A stretch of 36,037 nt of DNA from the IMG/VR virus record IMGVR_UViG_3300045776_000084; one strand, written 5' to 3'. This stretch comes from a virus. Below the pieces are notes generated by a model. It saw nothing but the letters and a program-made list of their open reading frames with translations, was not told the origin of the DNA and did not search any database. A program made the translations under genes and the position numbers. Shown here in pieces: positions 8,062 to 17,200 of the stretch; position 1 is the first letter of the stretch, and each line of letters begins with the position of its first letter.

Positions 8062-8342
8062 TACGCCCTCGCCAGTATGGTCGGATTCGAATGGTATTTC
8101 ATTCGGGATTCCATGCCCCGGTCTTGCTCTTGTGTGAGCACATTGCGGAATTGGGTGTACGCCTGAGAGATAGATGACGGTTTCGGCTGGCCTTGCCATT
8201 CCTGAAGAAACGCCACATATAGCTCGGTGTTTGTTTCATTGAAGCGGTCTAGGGTGTAAAGCCCAGTTTGCCTGAGGAAGTTTTCTCTGGCGTTTAACCA
8301 ATTTCTAATGGCGGTATCGGTGTCTATTGTGTCTATTGTCAT
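8061..8342 (-). CDS. Hypothetical protein (93 aa)
   Basis: ORF translationally coupled to the downstream Zn-finger ORF. Confidence 0.4.
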   Translation of the reverse strand: MTIDTIDTDTAIRNWLNARENFLRQTGLYTLDRFNETNTELYVAFLQEWQGQPKPSSISQAYTQFRNVLTQEQDRGMESRMKYHSNPTILARA

Positions 8343-8361
8343 ACATGCTTAGTGTAGCACA

Positions 8362-8865
8362 CTATCTCTTGTTTTTAGCAACTTTTTTGTGGTCTTGAAG
8401 AAACCTAGCTGAGAAGTGCTTGTCTGGTATGACCTTGGCCAGACGAAGAATCTTCCGCTCGTCGTCGTCCATGTACGCCTTGAATTCCTTGAACGACAAG
8501 TTGGTGGCCTCTTTGGTGCGGAGGTTGTGGAGTTCAATGGGGGTGTTATCCCCCGCGTGTTTCTGGCAGAAGATGAGGACTCCCCAAAGAGCGTCGGAGG
8601 TAGAGCATGTGAACTCGAAAACCCAACTCCTCATACGGATGAGGGGGCCAGAATTCATGATGGTCAACAAGGCTTTCTCGCGCAGACCTTTCGGTCCCCC
8701 GTAGTCATTGGGCATCCCTTTGACCTTGTCCAAAATCTCTTCAGGTATCCCCAACTTCAACGCCGCTTCCCGGTTCTTGGCATCCTTGAGCCAATTGGTG
8801 TGCTCGGTTATCCAAACGAATTCAAAAGTCCTTCCGTTAATCCATGCACCTTCGTTCATTGCCAT
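8362..8865 (-). CDS. Hypothetical protein (167 aa)
   Basis: ORF with protein-like composition in a minus-strand gene array. No recognisable motif. Confidence 0.45.
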   Translation of the reverse strand: MAMNEGAWINGRTFEFVWITEHTNWLKDAKNREAALKLGIPEEILDKVKGMPNDYGGPKGLREKALLTIMNSGPLIRMRSWVFEFTCSTSDALWGVLIFCQKHAGDNTPIELHNLRTKEATNLSFKEFKAYMDDDERKILRLAKVIPDKHFSARFLQDHKKVAKNKR

Positions 8866-8916
8866 TTGCAGAGCCCCCTACTTTTAGTCCTATATCGGAT
8901 GTATTGCTTTAAAAGT

Positions 8917-9279
8917 TTAGCCCCTAACTTCAGAACAGAGCCAGCACTTTCCCTTTGGCAAAAGATTACGCATTGTGTACCAAGTTTGAGCGTGACCCGC
9001 ACAAAGATAATCGTCAATATCAGCGTTAATCCCTGAGTGACCTGATTGTTTTTTACAGGTAAACTCGGCCTTTTCCATGACCCCAGCCCACGTTCTGTGG
9101 TAGGCGATGAGTTGTTCAGCCCCCTCAGACTTGTTGACCATCCAGCGTACCTCTTTATTCAGATGGTAGAGCGAGATGACTTGGAAGATGGCGCTCTCGG
9201 CTACATCGGTAATCTCAGCGTCCGACATATTATCCATGGCGTCTCCGACATCAACAGTGATAGTGGCCTCAATTTTCAT
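8917..9279 (-). CDS. Hypothetical protein (120 aa)
   Basis: ORF in the minus-strand array. An 11-nt overlap with the upstream gene suggests coupling. Confidence 0.4.
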   Translation of the reverse strand: MKIEATITVDVGDAMDNMSDAEITDVAESAIFQVISLYHLNKEVRWMVNKSEGAEQLIAYHRTWAGVMEKAEFTCKKQSGHSGINADIDDYLCAGHAQTWYTMRNLLPKGKCWLCSEVRG

Positions 9280-9610
9280 CAGTCTCCTTGGGTCTGCGGG
9301 AGCAGGTATGCTCTAAATCGGGGTAGCAATCATCCAATCCGTTGGGACAGCCGTCGCAGGGGCTATTCTGAGGATTTAGTTCGGGCAAGGGCTCAACAGG
9401 AGCGTTGTGGATGGCATAGTCAACCCGTCCCCCCGTGTAAGCACAGTTCAGTGCCATCGCTACCTGCTGCTGGTCAGATTCGCTTAGCAGCTCTTTGATG
9501 TAGCTGAATTGAAGTAGGTCGTTAAACAACTCCTTCACAAATGCGTCCCGACGTTTGGCCTCATCAGGTTGGTAGATTACTCGGGCTTTCCAATTTGGTT
9601 CGCTCATCAC
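9269..9610 (-). CDS. Hypothetical protein (113 aa)
   Basis: ORF in the minus-strand array. A 4-nt overlap with the upstream HNH gene. Confidence 0.4.
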   Translation of the reverse strand: MMSEPNWKARVIYQPDEAKRRDAFVKELFNDLLQFSYIKELLSESDQQQVAMALNCAYTGGRVDYAIHNAPVEPLPELNPQNSPCDGCPNGLDDCYPDLEHTCSRRPKETDEN

Positions 9611-10299
9611 AGTGTACCATCGGAAGCGTCGGAAGCGTCACAATCACAGGGGCCGGGTTCTTCGGCAGGAGCGCGGCTGGTGGCACAGTCAGAGGTATGA
9701 GTTTTTTTACCGCTTTGCTTGATGTATTCGGCTGCTTGTTGTTCTCGATTCATACAGTTCCTCATAGCTTCATGGTCTCCGGGTTGACAGCCACCCGATG
9801 TTGTTTTAGCCTGATGACAGTTTGCACAGAGGAGTTGAAGGATATCGGGAAATCCGTTCCGGTATGCCCATGTGTATAAAGAGGTTCCCCCTCTTCCTGT
9901 CTTTTTTGATAAAATTTTACGATGTGCGGCACCGTCATTATTGATATGGTCTAATTGTAAATACTTCTCTACAGTCATTCCACAGCAAGCGCAGCAACCG
10001 CCGTATGCCTCTATGCTGGCCAATCGGTGTATATGGTAGTTTTGTTTCTGTTTTACACCGTGTGACTGCAAACATCTCGCACACATGCTTGAGTTTTCGA
10101 GATGGGGTACCCTACAACAATAACGACACAACCCCTGCTCAATGGCTCGATTCTTTGCGTTGAGGCTGTACCCAAGGTGCTCTTCATGACATTTCTGGCA
10201 CCGAGTCTTTCCTTCCCACCTCTCGCCCCCACATCGTACGCACAACCCTTGCTTTTTGTACTGCTGGTACTTTTTGTTTATCGTTCGTTTACGTGCCAT
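9607..10299 (-). CDS. HNH endonuclease with N-terminal Cys-rich zinc-ribbon repeats
   Basis: Several C-x2-C pairs. HNH core LQLDHINNDG ... LQLLCANCH. Start chosen at the ATG (MARKR) with a GAGGTG RBS 9 nt upstream. The track start at 10311 is a GTG. Confidence 0.65.
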   Translation of the reverse strand: MARKRTINKKYQQYKKQGLCVRCGGERWEGKTRCQKCHEEHLGYSLNAKNRAIEQGLCRYCCRVPHLENSSMCARCLQSHGVKQKQNYHIHRLASIEAYGGCCACCGMTVEKYLQLDHINNDGAAHRKILSKKTGRGGTSLYTWAYRNGFPDILQLLCANCHQAKTTSGGCQPGDHEAMRNCMNREQQAAEYIKQSGKKTHTSDCATSRAPAEEPGPCDCDASDASDGTL

Positions 10300-10334
10300 C
10301 TCTCCACACACCTCTACTAGAGGAGAGACAAAGT

Positions 10335-11348
10335 TTATTTTCTTAAGCCGTTGTACCTAACTACTTGTTCTTTCCAGTGAGTTGATGTCTGAACATGGCC
10401 TTTACGCACCCATTTCCCCACTAAACGTCTAAAATCCCCAAATTGAAAAGCAGCGGCAGGTCGGATAACGAACCCCTCTTGGCGGTTTAAGTCAAGCGAG
10501 GCACTGAGCTGGCTCACGAGGCTATCTGACCACAACCCCCTGTATAAAACCGGGACTACTGGAAGATGGAGCAGGGTCGCATACTCAACGGTATCATCCC
10601 ATGACAGGCATTTCAAATTCTCCCAGATGCCGAAGATGTAGAAGTACCCCTCTAGGTCGGTGTACTCGATGGAGTGTACGGCTGTTACGTTTTCTCCACA
10701 CAAGCGAAGCCCCTCCGGGATATCGTGGGCAATTTCAGCCCAGATTCGTTTTATGAACGTGCGGGAGGGGTGAGGTTCGTAATCAAGAGACCGGGCGTGC
10801 ATATAGTCGTGGTACAAAGTTGTACACTCGCCGTCTAGTTTCTCAGTAGCGATAACCTCCATGCCCTGCCACTGGTCAGTGGAGGCATGGATTTTGTCAT
10901 CGTCAGACGCACCGGGGGAGGTAGCGTAGTGAAATGTACGAGGATATTTTACCCGATTGGTGAATAGATGAAGGAGGGGTGCAAGCATTTTCTGCACTGG
11001 TTCTTCATCAAAAAGTTCTCCACGGAGGCGTAGTCCGCTTGGAAGAATGACGTTGCCCCACTTGTCGTAGCGGTCTTCGGGGCTAAGATGATCTGGTAGC
11101 CGAGGGGTTCCGACGTGAATAGCCGCCCGGATATCGTCGGCTGAGATAGTCGTGTTCTCCGCTCCCACATGACAGTCTGCACAGAGCGTGGCTCCGTTGT
11201 CGAGGTAGTATCCGCCATCGGTGAATAGTTTCCTTTCGATGATGTGGTGGGCAGCGTCTCCCGGCTGGCCGCAGATGACACACTTGTGCCCGTCTCTGGC
11301 GAAGACCCCTTCGCGGAACTCATTACGGGTTAGTAGTGTCGTTTCCAT
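10335..11348 (-). CDS. Fusion of an HNH-type nuclease domain (N-terminal) and an ATP-dependent RNA-ligase-like nucleotidyltransferase (Rnl2/pfam09414-like)
   Basis: N-terminal C-x2-C...HH...N...C-x2-CH (CVICGQPGDAAHHII...NGATLCADCH). Ligase motif I EKLDGE (KxDG without the +5 Arg typical of DNA ligases). Motif III FGIWE. Motif IV EGFVIRP. Motif V GKWVRKGH. Start taken at the ATG METTLL. The track start is a GTG. Confidence 0.55.
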   Translation of the reverse strand: METTLLTRNEFREGVFARDGHKCVICGQPGDAAHHIIERKLFTDGGYYLDNGATLCADCHVGAENTTISADDIRAAIHVGTPRLPDHLSPEDRYDKWGNVILPSGLRLRGELFDEEPVQKMLAPLLHLFTNRVKYPRTFHYATSPGASDDDKIHASTDQWQGMEVIATEKLDGECTTLYHDYMHARSLDYEPHPSRTFIKRIWAEIAHDIPEGLRLCGENVTAVHSIEYTDLEGYFYIFGIWENLKCLSWDDTVEYATLLHLPVVPVLYRGLWSDSLVSQLSASLDLNRQEGFVIRPAAAFQFGDFRRLVGKWVRKGHVQTSTHWKEQVVRYNGLRK

Positions 11349-11485
11349 AGTTTTACCGAATAGTCGGGCAGTAGTCGTGGATGAAAGCACCGCACCTTCG
11401 ACAAAGGATGACTGTGTCCACGGGGTTGTAGGGCTCGTGGGGCTTCCGCCAGAACGTTCTCCAGCATCTCTTGATTATAACCACT

Positions 11486-12421
11486 TTACCACTTCCAACC
11501 GGGGTGGTTCATTCCAAGATGAGCAAAATACTTGAGGTCGCCCATGCTACCCGGAACGCTCACAAAGCTTTGGAACGACGCTGTCTTGGGCTCCTCCTTC
11601 TTCTCGGTCTCCTCTCCCGCAGGTTCAGACTCCTTCGCGGGGGCGTCATCCATGAAGAACTTGCTGGCATCCCCTCGGGTGGGTACCCCATCCTTGTCAT
11701 GCTTATTCTTCAGCCGGGTGATTTCGGAGTAACCCCAACCTTGGCGTTTCAGGCTCGGGTCGGTGTCAGATTCTGGAACCTTGTTCTCGAATTCGTACTT
11801 CGCCTTCATCATCCCTTCGAACGCCTTCTCAATCCCGTTGTCAGTGGTAAGGGTGTTCCACACATCCCCTTGAGGGGTCTCCAGCGTGGTGACGCCGTTG
11901 AGACGAATAATGAATGCGGTCTGTTTGTATTCGCTTCCTAGCCGCACCGCCGCCGCGTGTAAGTCCTGAGGGGACACCGTCTCCGGGTCGCCATTGACGA
12001 AGAACCAAGAACGTTCGGTAGTCTCTACAACTGACCCTTGGTTATTGCCTTCGGTATCTTTAGGGCCTTTCCGTTCTGACCAGTGGCCGAACAACTCAAA
12101 CGCCCCCACCTCAGCCGTACCCAATAGGGTTCTCAGTTTACGGGGCATCTCTTTGAAGTTGGCCTCATTGATCTGATTGACTTCAGCTTGAGTCTCTCCC
12201 TCCTCGGGTAGACGATAGGGGGTGATAATCATAAAGTCCACATTGGACTTGAAATGGGTCAGGAGACGGCTCAAGCCAGCCTTTGCCAACCGAATAGCCC
12301 CCGCTACTTTTAGCTTCAGACGGTCACCAGAACAGTACACAGAATCTTCATCAAACGTGTCCAACAGTTTGGGAATTGGCTTAGCTTGCTTATTACTCAA
12401 AAACTTGGATTCGAATTTCAT
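11486..12421 (-). CDS. Hypothetical protein (311 aa) with an acidic/lysine-rich middle region
   Basis: Long ORF. TAGAGGTG RBS upstream. A promoter-like CAGACA-17 nt-TATAAG lies upstream (12434-12462). Confidence 0.5.
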   Translation of the reverse strand: MKFESKFLSNKQAKPIPKLLDTFDEDSVYCSGDRLKLKVAGAIRLAKAGLSRLLTHFKSNVDFMIITPYRLPEEGETQAEVNQINEANFKEMPRKLRTLLGTAEVGAFELFGHWSERKGPKDTEGNNQGSVVETTERSWFFVNGDPETVSPQDLHAAAVRLGSEYKQTAFIIRLNGVTTLETPQGDVWNTLTTDNGIEKAFEGMMKAKYEFENKVPESDTDPSLKRQGWGYSEITRLKNKHDKDGVPTRGDASKFFMDDAPAKESEPAGEETEKKEEPKTASFQSFVSVPGSMGDLKYFAHLGMNHPGWKW

Positions 12422-12450
12422 GTTGCACCTCTACTTATACACTAGAAATA

Positions 12451-12807
12451 CTATCTTGTCTGAACCGTGATGAGCATGTCACACGACCCCTCATAGTACA
12501 CGAGGATGTAGCGATTCCCGGCTGTCAAACCGTAGCCTGGGAAGCCCCCGTCGCCACTACCTTCGGCGCAAAGACTAAGAGCACGGAGATTGCCTGAATC
12601 CTCACGGATGACTGTGGGGTGAATCCCATAACCACCCTGCATATGGCCGATAGTAATTATCGTGCCAGTGACGACCCTCGTAGGGCGGTTAGGGCCGAGG
12701 GTACAGCCAGTAGTAACCCCGATAAAGAGGGCTATAAAAAGCGTGAAACACACAGGAAATAAGCGCATCAATCTCCTTACCATTTCCAACATACGGTTCT
12801 CCTTCAC
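12451..12807 (-). CDS. Putative lipoprotein (signal peptide plus lipobox GVTTGC)
   Basis: Hydrophobic N-terminus LFPVCFTLFIALFIGVTTGC ending in a lipobox-like sequence and Cys. Possible starts are MLEMV or MRLFP. Confidence 0.45.
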   Translation of the reverse strand: MKENRMLEMVRRLMRLFPVCFTLFIALFIGVTTGCTLGPNRPTRVVTGTIITIGHMQGGYGIHPTVIREDSGNLRALSLCAEGSGDGGFPGYGLTAGNRYILVYYEGSCDMLITVQTR

Positions 12808-12835
12808 GACAATTTTACCACCATGTCTCTGTTCA

Positions 12836-13174
12836 TTACTTCACCGCTCCTTTGGTGCCCACATAGGTCAAGGCTCCCAAGTATGCTTTCCGGTATTCGG
12901 TTGGAACCTTCTGACCACCCCGGTAAAATAGGGTGCAGACCCCGTCTTCATTGTGGCAGGTTTCGGAGATTTCACCGGGGTGCCAGAGTATGCTCTCCCA
13001 ATAGCCTCCACCTGCTGCTTCGATGAAAAGAGGGTAGCCGTCTGCCTCACTGAGGATGGTTCTCTCGGCGGCATGTTCAAAATCGAAGATAATCGCACAG
13101 CCACAGGGTAGCTTAACGTCAACCAATAGCCGGGTGCGGTGGGTAATCTCTGCCATAGGAACCCAGTCTACCAC
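12836..13174 (-). CDS. Hypothetical protein (112 aa)
   Basis: ORF in the minus-strand array downstream of the ligase gene. Confidence 0.35.
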   Translation of the reverse strand: MVDWVPMAEITHRTRLLVDVKLPCGCAIIFDFEHAAERTILSEADGYPLFIEAAGGGYWESILWHPGEISETCHNEDGVCTLFYRGGQKVPTEYRKAYLGALTYVGTKGAVK

Positions 13175-13260
13175 AGGTGCCTTATTTTATGAAATTTTTA
13201 TTCGAGTCCATTTGTGTTTAGTGCAATAGGTGAAGTACCCCTTAAATTTTCCCTCTTTGG

Positions 13261-14046
13261 CTATAGTTGGTCTTTATGCTTAACAAGTTGATTCAACAAA
13301 CAGTCATCGGCTCTTTTGTCGTTTCGTTTACGAAGAAGCACTGGCTGTACAATATGATTGCTTCGCGTGGCGTAAAGATAGCGGACTTCAACTACATCCA
13401 ACTTATTCAATTGGAACTTTCCACGAAGAGACACCCCCGAGACCTCATATAGCCGTCCCCGTTCGTCGTAGACACCAATGCGAACGCTGTTGTGGCCTTC
13501 CGGGCTGGGTCCGATAACCACAGCATCTAAAGTGCGAGTGAACTTCAGCTTGAAGTGATTCCCAGAACGACCCTCACTGTAGGACTTAGCCATGTTTTTG
13601 ATGACCACGCCCTCGGAATGGGACTCCAACAGGGCAATGACCAGCTTAATTTTGGCGGTATCGTCGCGGGTGGTCTTAACCGGGATGATGCGAGGGCTGA
13701 ATCCGTCGAACTCAGCATGATAGCGGGATTCGCGGTACTCGTAGGCATCGTGGATGATGGTCTCATCACCTAAAATTAGGGAATCGAACACGTGGATGGT
13801 GCTCTTTACTAGCTCCACGTCGATGACGAATTGCTCAAGAGGGTGGGAACGAAGGGCGTTGATGAGAACCACGGGGAGGGGTTTTCCACTCTCGCCTTCC
13901 CGGTTCCAGTTACGGATGGTTTTCCCCTGCTTGCAAATCGTCCGCCGTTCTCCGTTGAACTTCTCCTGAAATCCATAGTTGGAGTTATGGATGAACCGCT
14001 CCAACTGCTCTTGCGTGATTTCAGTGAGTAGTTCAGACTTAATCAT
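13261..14046 (-). CDS. Compact ATP-dependent nucleic-acid (probably DNA) ligase of the nucleotidyltransferase superfamily, with a variant motif I K-F-N-G-E-R
   Basis: Motif I EKFNGER. Motif III VIDVELV. Motif IV EGVVIKN. Motif V HFKLKF. A partial OB-like C-terminus. GAGG RBS. Confidence 0.6.
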   Translation of the reverse strand: MIKSELLTEITQEQLERFIHNSNYGFQEKFNGERRTICKQGKTIRNWNREGESGKPLPVVLINALRSHPLEQFVIDVELVKSTIHVFDSLILGDETIIHDAYEYRESRYHAEFDGFSPRIIPVKTTRDDTAKIKLVIALLESHSEGVVIKNMAKSYSEGRSGNHFKLKFTRTLDAVVIGPSPEGHNSVRIGVYDERGRLYEVSGVSLRGKFQLNKLDVVEVRYLYATRSNHIVQPVLLRKRNDKRADDCLLNQLVKHKDQL

Positions 14047-14188
14047 GTCGCCTCAACGGTGTCTCCATCTTTCGCTTAGAGCGTCCAGTGCCGCCACCAG
14101 AAAGCTGACCTTCTCGAACTCATCGAACAGTTTCTCGTACCGGATTTTGTTGAAAAGTGAAGTCAAACTCGGGATTGTCCATATTCAG

Positions 14189-14218
14189 AGTATACGGGGA
14201 GTACCGGGGGTTTGTCTA
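14189..14218 (-). promoter_or_regulatory. Conserved promoter-like element directed leftward (TAGACA – 18 nt – TATACT) upstream of the ligase operon
   Basis: Same motif family as 25530-25558 and 31265-31294 (TAGACAAACCC...CCGTATACT). It sits in a divergent intergenic region 14047-14294. Confidence 0.4.
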
Positions 14219-14294
14219 TTTAATTTCGAAAAAATCTCGACTATCAAATGTTAAGGAGTTTCCCGACTACTTCCCTTATTCTTAAGGGGACTTC

Positions 14295-17200
14295 ATGATG
14301 CAAATTGAAAACTGGCGTGGCCTGTGGAACCTATTGACAACCTATGCGGTCAACGACATCGCGTATTATGAGGGCTCATCCTACTTCGCTTTGGACATCA
14401 ACACCGGGAAAGCCCCAATCCTTGCAAACATAGGGGTTTACTGGTCTCCAGTGGCCTTAGCCGGGGAGCAGGGAATTCAGGGTCAGCAGGGCGTTATAGG
14501 CCCCACTGGAATTCAAGGTGTACCCGGAATTCAAGGGCCAGCAGGGAACCCCGGAATTCAGGGAATTCAAGGAAATCAAGGTGACCGCGGGCCTGAGGGT
14601 TTGCCCGGAATTAAGGGCGATACCGGGAGTCAGGGGATTCAGGGAGTCAAGGGCGACACCGGAATTCAAGGTGTACCCGGGGTTCAGGGAGTCAAGGGCG
14701 ATATTGGCGACACCGGCCAAGGCTTAGTTTGGCGGAACACTTGGGAGGCGATTGCCACCTACAACACCTATGACTGTGTCCCCTATGAGGGAGCATCATA
14801 TATCTGCCTTGCCCCCAACGTCCTGAATGTGTCCCCAGATTCGGATGATTCAAAGTGGGGCTTACTAGCGCAGGGCGGCGGTACAATTGATTGGTCGGAG
14901 ATTAAAGATGTTCCTACCACGGTAGCCGGGTACGGCATCACCGACCTATCCCCCGTGGCAACGTCGGGCTCGTACAACGACCTCAACAACAAGCCAACCT
15001 TAAACTTCGACCCGGCTGGGTCAGCAAGTACGGTACAAGGGAGTCTTACAGCGGAGGTAACAAGAGCGGAGGGGGTTGAGGCTTTGAAGGCTAACACTTC
15101 TAGCCTTGCTCCAGTTGCCTTCTCAGGGGATTACGCTGACCTGAGTGGAACACCCACCCTCGGTACCGCCGCCACTCAGAACAGCTCCGCGTTCGACCCG
15201 GCTGGTACGGCCTCTACAGTTCAAACCAACCTCACCTCGGAAACTTCGCGTGCTCTCGCGGCGGAGGGTCTGCTCGTCCCGAAGACCACAACTATCAATG
15301 GCAAAGCCCTCTCCAGCAACGTGACCTTGGCGATAACTGACTTTGGGGGAACGCTCCCGCACGCTCAATTGCCGACTTTGCTCAGCACCGACATTCCAAG
15401 CATCCCCGAATCACAGGTCACCAACCTCGTCAACGACTTGGCCGCAACCGAAAAGACTGCGAACAAGGGCGCGGTGAACGGCTATGCTGGCTTAGACGCT
15501 AACGGGCAGCTCTATACTTCACAGCTCCCAGCACTTGCTATTGTGAGCACCTCTGTGGTCTCCTCTCAGACTGCGATGCTGGCACTCACAGCTCAGCAAG
15601 GTGACGTAGCTATTCGTGAGGACATCAACGAAACGTTCATCCTTGCTGCGTCTGACCCCACCCTCCTCGCCAACTGGAAGCAAATTCTCACCCCGGCATC
15701 CCCGGTACAGAGTGTCAACGGACAGACAGGAATTGTGAACCTCGCCATCCCGGCAGCTCAGGTCAATAGTGACTGGGCATCGGGGAGCGGTGTAACTCAA
15801 ATTCTCAACAAGCCCACCCTCGGCACCGCCGCAGCTCAGAATTCATCTGCCTTTGATTCCGCTGGCTCTGCTGCGACAGTGCAGACCAACCTCACCTCGG
15901 AAGTCTCTCGTGCAACCACTGCGGAAGGTCTGCTGGTTCCAAAAACAACCACGGTAAATGGTCACGCCCTATCCGCTAATGTCACGGTCTCTGCTTCTGA
16001 TCTTACAACGGGAACCCTGCCTGTTGGTCAACTTCCAACAATCCCATATAGCCAACTTTCGGGCACGCCAACGATTCCTTCTGTACCTCTCACGACCATT
16101 CAAAATAATGGTGTCACGGTCACCCCCGTCTCAGGAACGGTCAATCTCATACCCGGCTCGAACGTCACCTTGACCACCTCAGGTGACTCTATCACCGTTG
16201 CCTCCACGACAACATTCTCCGCCCTGACGGGTTCCACCAACACCACAGCCGCCATGGTGGTGGGTACAGGGTCGTCTATCGCTGCAACTGGTACTGGTAC
16301 CATCACTGCTACCTCCTGCCCAACGGAGACCACCCGCGCTGAGGCTGCTGAAGCTCTCCTGCTACCTATCACCACGGCAGCCAGCACCTATGCTACTCAG
16401 ACCAACCTGACGGCTGAAGTTACTCGTGCAGAGGCGGCTGAGGCACTGCTTGTGGCCAAGACCACAACAATTGCTGGCCACCCACTGTCTGGCAACGTGA
16501 CTGTTGCGTATACTGATCTAACCGGCCTTCCGACTCTTGGAACTGCCGCATCACACGCATCTACAGACTTTGATTCTAGCGGTGCCGCAGCGTCGGTTCA
16601 GACAACTGTAAGCGCATCCATCTCTGCCGAGACAGCGCGGGCTGAAGCTGCCGAAGCTGTCCTTACCACAGCCGTCGCTGGTAAGCAATCTGCCCTCGGG
16701 TACACACCAGAGAATTTGGCCAACAAGGGTGTAGCAAGTGGTTATCCAACCCTTGATAGCACAGCGCACATCCCGATCAATCAACTTCCTGCCTCTGTGC
16801 AGGGAGCAATGTCATACGTTGGTGTGTGGAATGCAGCCACCAACACTCCGGCAATTAGTAGTGGAGTAGGAACTAAGGGTTTCTTCTACAAGGTCAGTGT
16901 TGCTGGCTCGACAACAGTTGATGGCAACTCTATTTGGCACGTTGGCGACATGCTCATCTTTGATGGAGCTGCGTGGGATAAGATTGACAACTATGAAGCT
17001 GTAACATCTGTTGTGGGGCGCACTGGTGCAATCACTCTTAGTGAGGCAGACATCACTGGGTTGGTTGCTGACCTTGGCACACTCACTGCGGGCATCGCCG
17101 GAGAAGTAACCCGTGCGGAAGGCATTGAGGCCACGCTGGCCGCAAACCTCGCAGCGGAAGTTACAAGGGCTGAAGGTGTAGAGAGCACACTTGCCCCGAT

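Noticed and set aside
10949-11323. 124-aa and 66-aa minus-strand alternative-frame ORFs inside the HNH–ligase gene
   Set aside because: Out-of-frame overlaps of a gene with recognisable motifs in the main frame.
14457-14720. 87-aa minus-strand ORF and 69-aa plus ORF (14518-14727) within the fibre gene
   Set aside because: Products of the periodic collagen-like repeat. They are alternative frames of a repetitive sequence, not genes.
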